From Octopus sinensis (taxonomy: Eukaryota): 64,000 nucleotides of DNA. The DNA lies in NCBI RefSeq assembly GCF_006345805.1, contig NC_043017.1:15934001-15998000 (forward strand), in the 5' to 3' direction. The position numbers and the translations under genes were made by a program. Numbering within the stretch: position 1 is the stretch's first letter; the number at the start of each line of letters is the position of its first letter. Below the pieces are notes generated by a model. It saw only the letters and a program-made list of their open reading frames with translations, searched no databases and was not told the DNA's origin. Of the stretch, positions 50,021 to 62,591 are shown one piece after another.

Positions 50021-52707
50021 GCTATTCTATGTGTGTGTGTGTGTATATATATATTTCGCCTCTTTACCTTTGCTTTCGTTTGATGTCTGGCTTTAACACC
50101 ACAAGGGAGACCACTGTGTTATGTCTGTTGAATATCCCAGTCTACATTTATTTCTAAATTGAAGACAAGGTGTTAACTCACAGTTGGAAATGCTGTCATG
50201 TCAACACTCAGTGATCTCCCTTACGGCAGGGAATTCTATGAGCACCGATTCCTGTTCTTCAATACTGTGTTTGTTAATTATACACTATTGTATAGCTTTG
50301 GCTGGGAATGAACCAGTGACCTTTTATTTCTCAGTGAATCCCTTAAAGTCCACGCCAAATACATGTACAGATTTAATCTGACATCACTTTTAACAAAAAG
50401 AGTGAGAGACCGTTTTTTTGGGCCTGTAATGATTGTATGGACAGTTGAAGGGTCTTCTTTACATCGAGGATCAAAAATCGTATGCATGGGTGGGGTGGTG
50501 CGGAGGTGAGTCTAAATACAGCTGTAATGGTGATGGTGGGGTTAAGCCAAGATCCCAGAACATCATTCTAAAGTAGTGCTTTGCAACCAGTATGCTGCGG
50601 CACACTGGTGTGCCACGAGACTACGCTAAGTGTGCCGCAGTGAAACCTGAATATAATTTCTTTCCCTATACTTTTAGTTTTGTGGTTCAGGTGTACCACC
50701 ATATTTTGAAAAGAATGCAAGTGTGCCACACCTGTCTAAAGTATCTTGTAGCATTTAGGTTCGTTTGTTGTAACAGTTTTACACTGGGATGATTCAGTTG
50801 ACTGATAACACACCTCTCCTTCCTGGCCCACCTCATCATATGCCTCTTCAAAAAACAAACGTAATCAGTTTTTACCTTCTTCATTATTTCACAAAGAATG
50901 GATATGTTCACCTGAGAATTGTAGTTTTCTAGAGTTCTTATTTAGAAACAAAACCTTTGGTACACATTCATGGTATTTAGTCCTAGGACAGTTCTGCATT
51001 CCAACCACGACAATCCTGTCTTTTTCCTTTGATTCCTTTGATTCCTGCATTATTTTAGGTAATTAACTTAATTCACGCAATTTCTTTTGTGCACTGGTTG
51101 CAAAATGTGTGCACGTACATTAGTCTCACAGATTATCTAGAGCACAATAGACCCTGTGTCCTTTTTGAAGACAAGCAAGAGATTTGACTGCTGTTTCTAA
51201 CAGATTGACCAACCACATAGAGATGTCTATAGTGATGTGACCGAAGAGATCCATAAACCCAGGCAACCTCACTACACTGCATAAAGGCCATTTTGTTTAG
51301 TATCAAAGATCTCAAATGAGAAATCTTATAAAAGTATAAACTTTTTAAGCAGAGGAAAATGGCTGAAAGTATACCAAAAGACAGAAGTTATCAAATATTA
51401 TAAAAATTCAATATAAAAATGTTTATTTTCGGCAAGGCAGTATATCTAAATAATTAGATTTCTGAAATATATCATATGGCGATTGTGTGTGTGTGTGGGG
51501 GGGGGGTCGGCAAATAGAAAATCTGTTTCACGAATACAATCCACTGCTGATTTCTTTTATTTCATTCACACAATTTTATTTCTGTCTTGGCTGTTTTCGT
51601 GTCAAAATTAGCATATATGTATATATATATATATATGTAAATGGAAAACATTTACATATACGTATTATTTTTAACTTAATTTCAAGCTTCTCAGTTATGC
51701 CGCTATAGCACGATTCGAACTCAAAGCATGCTCTCTCACTTTTAACCATTTCTAGTGCTAAATTTTATTTTATTTAATCATTTTTGAAAAATCTTTTTTC
51801 CAATGTATTTTTCCAATTTTCTGGTAACAGTAAGAGTAGCTTCCCTTGCAACAATGCAAAGGACGGTAACTCTGTTTTTACCTGTAAATTTTTTCATTGA
51901 AATTTCTTTTTATGGTCCTTATGAACCGTTCGTGCACAAACTGCGGGCCACATAACATTTGAATGGCACACCAACGGAAAATTAGCTTCAATGATTTTTA
52001 GTAGTACGGCCCATTTCTCAAAAAAAGAAAATGGTTGTCCATGCCTGGTATAAAGTATAACGGCGAGTCGTTACATGGTTTTGAAGTGAGTCTCACAAAA
52101 GAATGTTGGTGTCCCCTGTGGATTTTGAGTCCTTAAGCTATAAGCTTGTTTGGATTATGACTAAATCTAACGCTGTCTAACACCAGTTGTAGTTCTCTCT
52201 TATAGATAAGGTCGATATAAATGATTTTTATATGCAAAAACTCCTCCGTTGTGTCACAAGTGTTGTTGTGGGCAGCAGGGTAGAGAAGCTGGTTCTGTTC
52301 TTACTTCAGTACCATCGCATTGACACCTTCAGCAAATATATTCTACTATAACATGGAATCAACCCAAAATAAATTGGGTTCTTGGCAATAATTAATGGTG
52401 GATCTGATTAAATCTCTTTCCCCGCCAGCAATTTTTCTCCACTGGGTGAGTTTTTTGGAGTCTTGTTGGTTCTTAAACCTTGACTTCAGATCTGAATTCA
52501 CATCCTCCATGAAGATTAAATATTCAGTTTTGCTCACAGAGCATCAAAGGTCCATGACCCTCACCCTTGATTACCAATCATTCATGGACATATGTAATTT
52601 TAAAGTATTCACAAAAATAAAACCATCAATTTTAAACCATATTTCTAGCTACAAGAATACAGTTTTATATTTAAGAGATGAGGAATTATGTATATTTACA
52701 TTTGATG

Positions 52708-52798
52708 GATATTTGTCCTCATCTTGTTTGTTGTTTTGGCTGGAGGGTATATCAGCCAAAACATTGTATTAACAACAAACAAGATGAGGACAAATATC
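52708..52798. repeat. Perfect 28 bp inverted repeat enclosing a remnant of the 2672-type element
   Basis: 52708-52735 versus 52771-52798. The inner sequence GGCTGGAGGGTATATCAGCC matches 2685-2704. Confidence 0.85.
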
Positions 52799-52999
52799 TG
52801 TTGAATGGAAATAGCTACAAGAAGTTTTGTCATCATTTATAAAACTTGCATTTATATTTACAAATTCTGTGTGCGTGTGTGTGTATATACGTTTTATATA
52901 AATTTGTTTTGTGGCAAAACAAAAAAAAAACCCAAAGGTGGTTTAGCAAGTTTTATAAATATTTGTGAAAAAACCTGATTTTTTTGTTTGTTTTTGTAG

Positions 53000-53196
53000 G
53001 AGGTTTGGCCCGGTACCATTCCAAATATGGAATGGAATACGAATTTGGAATGCAAATGGAAGAGGAGTTGAAGCCAGCAGTACATGACAAGAAACTGAAT
53101 AATGGACAAGAAACGGACATTTATCAATTAACTCCAGCCGATGAGAGAGACCTAACGTCATGGTCAAATGTCTCCGGCACAGACCTTCTCTTCTAG
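53000..53196 (+). CDS. TPRN: Terminal coding exon of the same taperin/phostensin-like gene
   Basis: Acceptor ttttgtAG at 52998-52999. Its phase completes the split Gly codon (G|GA), and the exons total 235+197=432 nt, i.e. 143 aa plus stop. GGLARYHSKY...QLTPADERDLTSWSNVSGTDLLF* resembles the taperin C-terminus (SGLSSYTPKH...MLTPASQNDLSDF...ALYF*) as recalled. Confidence 0.85.
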
Positions 53197-53719
53197 ATTC
53201 AGTTTCATTTTCTTACAGATACACTATTATCATTATTATTATTAATTATTATTATTTTGAAAATTTTTATAGTTATTAATATTATTATTATTATTATATT
53301 TTATAAGCAAATTCTATCATGGATTAATCATTGTTGTATTGTTGTTGTTGTTGTTGTTGTTGTTTCTCTTTTATTTTATTTTTGAAGGAAGGAAACCCAT
53401 TCCGATTGTACATATTTCGTCAACTGTCGACCCTCCTCCCCCTAACTCGCTTCACTTACCTCCCACCTCCTCTTCCTTTCTGTTTTCTCTTTCTGTGGCG
53501 TGGGGGTGGGTGGGGCTGTAGTAGTCTGGCTGTCTCTACGGAACAAACTTCCCTGTTCCTCACACACACACACACACTCCAAGTCCCTATTTTTCGCCCT
53601 ACATTTTTCAGTATCTACCCGACCTCCAATTTCATTATATCGTGGTTCTTCCTTTAAAACTCACACCTTTCGCTTTTTTTATAAACAGCGACTTAGAAAG
53701 CCTCTGCAATGTAGTCGAG

Positions 53720-53725
53720 AATAAA
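53720..53725 (+). promoter_or_regulatory. Candidate polyadenylation signal AATAAA
   Basis: First AATAAA I noticed downstream of the stop codon at 53196. Other copies occur further downstream and usage is unknown. Confidence 0.25.
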
Positions 53726-53849
53726 TTTGAATGACAAACTTTACTATAAAACTTTCAATAATCCTCATATTTTGGCTGATAAAAGCCTTAGTCATAGGTT
53801 TAGAGAGCAGGAAAGATGTCCTGCTTTATCACAAGTCTTGGCTTGTGTA

Positions 53850-53923
<74 letters not shown>

Positions 53924-54563
53924 TTTAGATCATATTTTGAAGCATTGAGAAATTTTAAAATGCACAGATTATGGGGTAAAACAAACAAACCCTTACATAG
54001 AAAAGAGTTGACAATATTCACTTTTTTCCTATCCGAAAGGTATTTACTTCGTTTTGGGAGTTGTAATTTGTAACTACATTTCCATTTGAACATCATAAAA
54101 TGACACACACACACACACACACATCTGTATGTGATGGAGTTCACTTTGTTAACATGCAGTTTTGAGTTCTATCTCAGTGAATGGCACCTTAGAGCAAGTG
54201 TCTTCTACTGTAGCACGAGACTGACTAATGCTTCGTGAGCGAAATTGGTCAACAGTAACGGAGTGGAAGCCCATTTTATGTATGGATGTACATGTGTATG
54301 CGTATATAATGTGTGTAAATGTTTACATTCTGCACGTTGCAATGTAAAGTTTGAACTAAAAAGATTTTTTAAGATTGGTGATGTTTGTTGATAATCTTCA
54401 TTGACAAGTTGTCCATTAGCTCTATTCTTTCAACAAGGAATCACACAAATAATCCTTTACTTGAAAATAGGAAGAAAAAAAACAAGAGTTAGCAACAAGA
54501 TGGGAATCTGGTTGTAAAGCAATGCCTTGATTTTTATGTCCTCATTCACGCCATTCTAGCATG

Positions 54564-54601
<38 letters not shown>

Positions 54602-56776
54602 CAGCTTGGTCAGAAGCTGCTGGCTAGAATGTTTATGTATGTAGAATTATATAAACACTCGCACATCTACACATATGTATATGTTTACATAATGATGTGT
54701 AGTGAAATATGTGTATATATACACATTTTATTTATGCGTGGAAGTACACTGACACATTCACACATTGTTATATATGCAAACTACACACACACACACACAC
54801 TCCCAAGACATACCCCCCACCCACATTGTAAACTCAGTCTGTGTGAGGACTCTCCCCCACCACCTTCCAAACCCCCCACTCCCATTCTCCACCCACCCAC
54901 CCACCTTATTATCAGTGAATTCTTTTTATTTTTCCTTCTTGCTCCCCCCCCTTTGAATGTTTCTGGCAGTCAAAAGACATTCGCAAATTTTGCTGGCTGC
55001 CAAAAAAAAAAAATAAAACAAAATAAACCCCTTCATGGCGGTGCTCCAGCATGACCACAGCCGCACGGCTGAAACGAGTAAAAGAGTAAGATCTTAGACG
55101 TCTACATGACCTTCACAAATGTTCCTGACAGTCTAAAGACATTCAAATTCACAAAATTATTCCAAGAAAAAATTTCCAATTGTTTAAAACGTTGAAGTAA
55201 AATTTAGGGGCCAGGGTTTTGTTTTTTTGGTTTGTTTTCTAATTGTTTTTTAATTATTTTTTTGAAATATAAATGTATATGTGTATATATATTATAATTA
55301 CTACAATGAAGTATATATATATATAAATATATATATATGTATGTGTGCACATGTGTGTTTGCATGTGTGTGTGTGTGTGTGTAATCATCTCACTAACTCA
55401 AACTACAGTTTATGTTGTAAAAAGTCTGTAGTTAATCCTGCTGGTCAGGTGATGGCAGAGGGGGGCGGGGCGGAGGTGTGTGTGTGTGTGTCACCTTCCC
55501 CCACCCCCTCTAACACCCCCTCCCTTTGTCTAGAGCTGGAGGGGGGGAGAGAAGAGCTTGGGATAGAGGTGAATGGGAACATTAGGGTGAGAGAGCAGCT
55601 GTGTGTGTGTGTGTAGGGGTGTGAAAAAGGGCCCACCCCTGTGTGTGTGTGTGTGTGTGGTGTGTGGTGGCAGGAGGTGAGAGAGACTCAGGTGTCTGCA
55701 AAGGGGAATGAGAGGACATGGGTGTGTGTGTACATGAAATAGACTATACAAGTGTGTGTGAAGGGAGCATGAGAAAACCTGTGTGTGTGTGTGTGTATGC
55801 ATACATACATGTAAGAGGAACCCTATAGAAGTGTGTGTGTGTGTGTGTGGTCACCCAGCATAGTCTGACGCACTTTTTATTAATCTCTGCATATATTCCA
55901 ATCCATGCAAGCATGGAGAAATAAAAATGGACATAAAATGATAATTATGATGATGATGATGATGATTCCAAATGCCATATGATGTCTCGCTGTGTGTGTG
56001 TGTAGGTTCAATTTCAGCTGTTGTCTTCTTCCACCTCCACCACCTCCTCGGAGACACGATCCTCCTCCTCCCCCCCACCTCCACACACACAGCCTCACTT
56101 TATTGGTTCATTGAAGTCATATGATTTGGAACAAAAACAAAAATAAATAAATACAAACAACAGATTATTTAACTGCCTCATTAATAAATACTAATGACCT
56201 ACAACAGAATCCCTCTCTTAACGAGTTGTGTTTTTTCTTCATTCTTTTCTCTATCTTTACAGAAACCCCATTTTTTTCTGGTTCCATCTATAACCCCTCG
56301 GTCTCTCATCTCCTGTTCTGGAGGGAGAGAATATCCCCTCGCACCCACACACCCACTTCCTCAGATCCTGTTCTCATAATATAACGAACTTATTGCCCAC
56401 CCCTGCTTGGGTGCACCACAACTCACCTGAAAAAGTTGCCAAAAGTGCGTGAAGAATACAAAGAAGAATGCACAAGAAGTGAAGAATGAAGGAATTGCTT
56501 AAAAACACAAGCGGGGGGGGGGGGAGCAAGAAATCAAGTGGTCGTGAGATATGCTAAAAATAACAGCTTGAATCACAATTTATTTTAGGTGGGTGGTGGG
56601 GGTGCATAGTTGTATGATTTCCTGTTGTGTTGGTTATATGCCATGCGTAACGAAGAATTCTGCCAAGGATTGAAAGACAAAGTTGACCTCGAGGGCACAG
56701 ACAGCTTGAAGGAACACAACAAAATAGTATTGTATTAAAAATATATGAAACATGAGAGTTTAAAAATTTGTTAATG

Positions 56777-56872
56777 CATCTTACAATTGTTTCATAAAAG
56801 TATTATCATTATAATGGAATCAATTCATTGTTGATACACATTGAAAGACAATACTTCCGATCGTCAGAGATG
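56777..56872 (-). ncRNA. Type I hammerhead motif
   Basis: CATCT-CUGACGA-stem II (12 bp after two basal mismatches)-GAAA-C-AATT-GU-A|AGATG. Confidence 0.72.
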
Positions 56873-57434
56873 GGGAAGATAAAGTTTTTATAGTATATCG
56901 AATGTTGTTTGAGAAAGTATTTTTGAAAAATAGATTAAAATTTACTGGTTTAGATTTATGCAGGTAGACTTTGGTAAAAAAAATAAGAAGTTTGTTTATA
57001 TATCTCCTTGGTAAGTTCCTCTTGGTAATCCATGAGAATTTTGTGTAAACAATACCTTATCCTGCATTCCATATTTGAGATGTGGAATTTGGTGGTCAAA
57101 AGTATCAAATTTTTATTTGTACAACTGGAAGATACCAATTTAAATTTTAAATTATAATTTTTTTTATTACAACTGTAAAGGTCTTTTTATTGTAGGTTAA
57201 ATGTGTACAGGTTCAAATTCTAAGAAAAACAATTTTGGTGACCCTCCACCATCACAACCAGTTGGGTCTCACCAACTTCCACAATTTCTGGAATCTCTTC
57301 TTACGTTGTCTGCTCCACTTGTATGAGAATTCTGACACTCTGGCCATGCCAATTTCTTTGCTCCACCACAGCAGCATCCAACAGGGTTATTCTCTCCTCC
57401 AATCCCATTGTTACTGCTATGATTAACCACTTGA

Positions 57435-59114
57435 CGTCCAGTTCTTTTCTATCTGGAGATCTGGGCCAAACCAACTCCTTGCAGCTTAACCAGGCCCTCC
57501 ATCCAGTGTCCCACGACGCTATTCAAAGGCATCGACTTGCTCCTCCAGGTGCTGAGTTGCAAGCCGACCGATTAATCTTTGCTCCTGCCACCATCTTGTA
57601 AGCCTTGATGGTCTTGCCTACTTTCTGTAGGTGTTCCATTTTGGTCATGATGATAGTGATGTCGTCTGCGTAAGCTGGAGCCGATCCTCCAGCAGCTGGA
57701 TTCGTCAGGATGCCACTCAGCCTTTGCAGTAACAGCTTGAGGGCCAGCACGTACAAAAGTGGTGAGAGTGGACACCCTTGACGAAGCAAACACTCAATAC
57801 AGAATGGCTTTGCGAGAAAGCCATTCACCCGAACGATTGAGTTGATGTTGTACAACTGTATGATCCACCTAAGGAAGCCAAGACCTGGTCTGAACCACGC
57901 AAGAACAGATACCAGGTAATGATGGTCTGTTCCATCAAACGCTTGGTCTAAATGGACCTGTGCCCTGCCCTTGCCAGATTCTTTACCAGACCCTTCTATG
58001 GTGTAGCGTATAAGATGAAGATTATCCTGGATGGTTCCACTGGGGATCGCACACGTTTGTGCTTCCCCGATCAGGCCATCCATGACACGGGTCAATCTTT
58101 TTGCCAAGACCTTGGCCAAAATCTTCATCTCTGCATTCAGTTATCTATACTATCCCTGTTGTCTGGGTCCTTCCTGACCAGCATCACCACTCCCCGGTGC
58201 ACAGATCTGGAGATCAACCCATTCTGCTGCCAGTTCACGTAAACACTTGCCAGAATGTGCCTGACCAAGTCTGACATACTCTTATATAGTTCGTACGGTA
58301 GACCATCGAGGCCTGGCACCTTACCACCGCTGCAGTCCACTATAGCCTCTATTACCACCTCAGGTGTGATCAACCCTTAACAGCTCTCCGCATCCTGCCC
58401 TGAGAGATGTGGTAGCCTGGTGAGGAAGTCTGTAAGGCCTACTTACCATCTGGTCCTTCGCCCCCCCCTCCCCGAAAAGCTGGGCAAAGTGCTCCTGGAA
58501 AGCCTTACACATCTTCTAGGGTTCATTTATTAACTCACCTTGTCGGTTCACCACAGATCGAATTATGGAATCATTTCCGCGTTGAGCCTCCACCCCTCGT
58601 GCCCATCCAGCGACCTTGATTCCCTCACTCCCCATTGAACGAAGTCTAGCCCTGACAATACACCCCATGTGCTTGGCTTCGAGGTACTGATTAAACTTCA
58701 GTCTCTTCACCCTCACCTGGGATGCGTTGTCAATTCTCCTGACTTCCTCTGGGGCCTTTACTAATTCTTTTTCCCTCCTATGTTCTCTAGCTATTAAACC
58801 TGCACTATGTCTAATAGACTCGAATTTAATGGATCTTTTTAGGGCATACCACCATTTGTTGTTGATAATGGAACTTGTCAATGCCCTCTGTATCAATTAC
58901 TTAATCCAGCTCCTGTACTCCTCAATCACCAAAAGGAACTTATTGAGTTTCCAGTAGTCGGAACCCTTACTCCCTAACTTATCTAGGTGCAGCTTACAAG
59001 TGACCATCTTGTGATCACTAGCTGACCAGGTGAATCTGTGGACACTTTATCTAGGTTTCTAATTAGAATCCTATCTATGTAAGACCTAGAAGACTTGTCA
59101 CTATTTGACCATGT
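57435..59114 (-). mobile_element. L1/Tx1-clade LINE ORF2, inverted 5' segment (end of APE endonuclease through RT)
   Basis: Minus strand reads TWSNSDKSSRSYIDRIL, ASDHKMV, DYWKLN, KVPGLDGLPYELY, KILAKVLAKRL, IQDNLHLIRY, RQGCPLSPLLYVLAL, AYADDIT and WFGPDLQIEKNW. Several frameshifts. Confidence 0.92.
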
Positions 59115-60360
59115 CCACAATGGTAAGCCTCATAGTCAAGACCTGGTCTTGGCAGTGGCTGTCCTTGAAAGGGAGGGCAGAAGTGGTCAATGTATTTATC
59201 GCATCAGTCATCATTTACTGCCTAACTGTCGTTCCTTGTCCAGATTCGTGGTTGAGCAAGATGGAGAGGCAGATCCTCCACTTTTTATGGAAGAGCTCTG
59301 CTCCACTTGCGAGGCATTCTATCTGCTGTCAAAAACTGTTTAAGGGTGGGTTAGGGATGCCTTGGCTGTTGATGCGTTGAGGTTGAGGCACCTCTGGCTT
59401 TACCTGGATGGTGATTGGGTTTGGTCTCCGCTTGCGAAACAGATGTTCCCCAGTTTTGGTGGAAGAGAAAACTGGTTTCGTCAAAGATTGAGGTTGGGTA
59501 CATGGTATATGGAGAGCTGCAAGGCTTTTCTCCAGGCCACAGCTCTGGCAATGCCAGCGGTTTCAGTACCACCACGGCTTTCTATAGTAGGTTGGTAGAG
59601 GCTGGAAACGATGATGCCCTGTGGAGGACCCTGGGTCTGAAGAACAAATGGGCCAAAGACACTGGATAATTTCCAAAAGACTCTGGCCAGGCAGTGTTAC
59701 CAGTTCAGAATAAGCTCACTGGACACGGTCATCCTGTCCCATTGGCCTGTCCAAGATGTGGGCAGGACGAGGAAACCATCCCGCACGCTATTGTTCAGTG
59801 TCTGGGTGTGTCAGAAGTGTGGGCTTATGCAGAACACATGTTGTCAGATGTGAGGAGAGTACAGCTCTCGCCTGAGAATTTTAAAAATTGACCCACCAGA
59901 TTTCCTTACGGAAGAAGGTAAGAATTGTTTACTTGTGGTAGTAACAATCATGAAAGAAGTGATTTGGAAGTTGAGAGTGAAAGGAATAATGACGGGTAGC
60001 TTCATCTCTGGCCTCATGTTGGTGAATGTCTTCACCTTTCACCTGTAAAGGAAAGTGGGGCTAGAGAGGAGGTGCCTGTCAGCGAGAATATATAAAGATA
60101 GATGGGTACATGTAGTACAAATGTTGGGTATGAAAGATTCTGCATGAATACTCTATAAAGGTTATCAGAAGGTGTTGGCAGAGAAACAGGGCTTGTGGGG
60201 TCGAAGCGCTGACCTGTTTTAATACCTCGTTTTTTGTCTTTTGTCTGTCATACGATTAGCATTTTTGCACATTTTAAAATCTTATAACCATCCGTATGTG
60301 TCTGACCCCAATCAGGCTGTATTGTCCTCTCTATATGTCCCTTTGTTGGAAATAAAGAAA
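59115..60360 (+). mobile_element. L1/Tx1-clade LINE ORF2 3' segment plus 3'UTR
   Basis: Plus strand reads WLSLKGRAEVVNVFIAS...FLWK...GGLGMPWL and LPVQNKL..HG...CPRCGQDEETIPHAIVQC (CCHC motif). It ends in AATAAAGAAA at about 60351-60360. Confidence 0.92.
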
Positions 60361-60824
60361 TAGTTTACACAAAACTGTCGTGGATTACCGAGATGAACTT
60401 AATAAGGATATATATGGATATATATATATATATATACAAACTTCATATTTTCTTACCAAAGTCTACCTGCAATACTTTCGTGAAACGATCGTAAGAGGCA
60501 TTAATTAACAAATTTTTAAACTGTCATGTTTCATATCCTTAAATCCTTAAAAATGTTTTAGCCTGAAGGCCGTGGCCTTGTTGGGGCACCACTGCTGAAA
60601 TATATTTACATATATTTTTAATACAATACTATGTTAGACATATATATCTTTGCGAGGAATTTTTTTGATATTAAATTTCATGTTATTTCAAAATACAGTA
60701 TATATATATAATTAATAAATATCAGGGTAGGAAAAAATTTTAGAAATTTTTTACAACCAGTAGCCTAACATGTAGAAAACTAGTCAATAGACTATATATT
60801 ATTATATTATTCATATAAATACAC

Positions 60825-60880
<56 letters not shown>

Positions 60881-60883
60881 ATC

Positions 60884-61538
60884 AAGAAGGAGAGAAGCAA
60901 ATGTCAAAGGTCGGTGTATATATTCATTCAATCCATTTCAAATTGTTGAAATTCTCCGCAATATACATAGATGCGTTCACATATATGAGACATGACAAAA
61001 ACTCACAAGAATTTATAAATATATGAAAAACAACATGGTTCCACGTGAACAGCAAAGTATTCGTTTTTTATCAATTCTCAAATCTTTCATGTCTCTTAAA
61101 ATTTTAATAACTCTTTTGAATCTCTTAAGTCTGATGAGAGAAGTATAGAGGATTGCTCTGATTGGAGTTAGCTCTCCCACACCAACCGATATCTTCTTGA
61201 AACGGCCATAAGACTTTGTATTTATTCAGGATTCCTCAGGAATCGTCTTCTGAACTTTCTCATCTTCCCTCCTCATTCATTCTAAAACGGACATTCAAAC
61301 CTCGCAAGTACATCTATTTATTTATTTATAAATGTTTATATGTTTATAATTTTTTAGATATATTTATGAATTTTTATATATTTATAAATCTTCCTATGTT
61401 TATTTATAAATTCTTATGAAGTTTTATCAGGTCTCATATATGTGAACGCATCGATATATATTGCGGAGAATTTCAATAATTTGAAATGGATTGAATGAAT
61501 ATACACACCGACCTTTGAAATTTGTTTCTCTCCTCCTT
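60884..61538. repeat. Inverted repeat with about 137 bp imperfect arms and a 381 bp spacer
   Basis: 60884-61020 versus 61402-61538. The spacer contains the hammerhead motif at 61127-61216. Confidence 0.85.
61127..61216 (+). ncRNA. Damaged hammerhead motif
   Basis: CUGAUGA at 61131-61137, stem II GAGAAG/CTTCTT, then GAAAC-GGCC-AU-A. G16.2 appears mutated and stem I is out of register by 2 nt. Confidence 0.5.
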
Positions 61539-62094
61539 TATTTATATTTCTGAAGCTTCATTAGAGCGCTAATTAGTTGAGCTGTATAAATTGGATAACT
61601 ATACCATATATTCCTTCATTATATATATATATATATATATATATAAGTTTAACAATTAAGGATAATCTCTTAATAAGGGATCTTAACAAGAAATTATCGG
61701 GTAGCTAGCGTGAAAACCTCATAAAAGAAAAGAATTCGAAAATAATTTTTTTCTTTTGAACAAATTAATTATATCTATATTGTATAGAGGGCATTATTAC
61801 ACATAAATGCCTCACACTAAGAGGGACAAAGTCATTACTACCAAAATTATACTAATCATACCCAAATGCAGTTTTTCAAAGCAAGATATTTAAAAAATGA
61901 ATTTAGTTCTGTATCACCGTGATTTCACATTTAACTTACGTCTATGATCATCAGTAGAACTGATTCTGAACACATCATAAATAAACTACCAACCTTACGT
62001 AGCGAAGACGAACAGACAACTGCTCACTCCGGCCAAGCACATGGAATGTTTATAAATCATATATCCGGTAAATGGCGGGCTTTTTACGAACTGC

Positions 62095-62139
<45 letters not shown>

Positions 62140-62591
62140 TCCATACATACACACTGACCATATAGAAGTCTTTTAAAACTGTTGGTAAAATATGTCTAAA
62201 ATTATATAAATCTAAAAGTGTGTGTATATATTATGAATGTCTGAGTGTAAGTGTGAATATATATATATGTATATACACAAAACACAAACACACCCTTATG
62301 TCTAGAACACTTGTATAATACAAAAAATCCCTCAAATACATACAAACATGCAAGAATTATTTGTATGTATGTGTATATATATATATATATTTATATATAT
62401 GTATACACACACACACACATAGAAATCATCACCACAAAAACCATTTCCAGTAGTTTTTGGAGAAAGATGAAGAGAAAAAAAACAGTTAAAGAAAGAATGG
62501 TAAATTCTACTTTTATTCTAGAGTTTGGAACCTTAATCTCTGTAGTCTTTAACCAGTAACTTGACTTAGTTAAAGTTCCAAAACAGTGTAC

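Noticed and set aside
53194-53196. TAG stop that could be edited to TGG for readthrough
   Set aside because: The family ends at this position (LLF* vs LYF*), and the downstream sequence is low-complexity (TTA)n.
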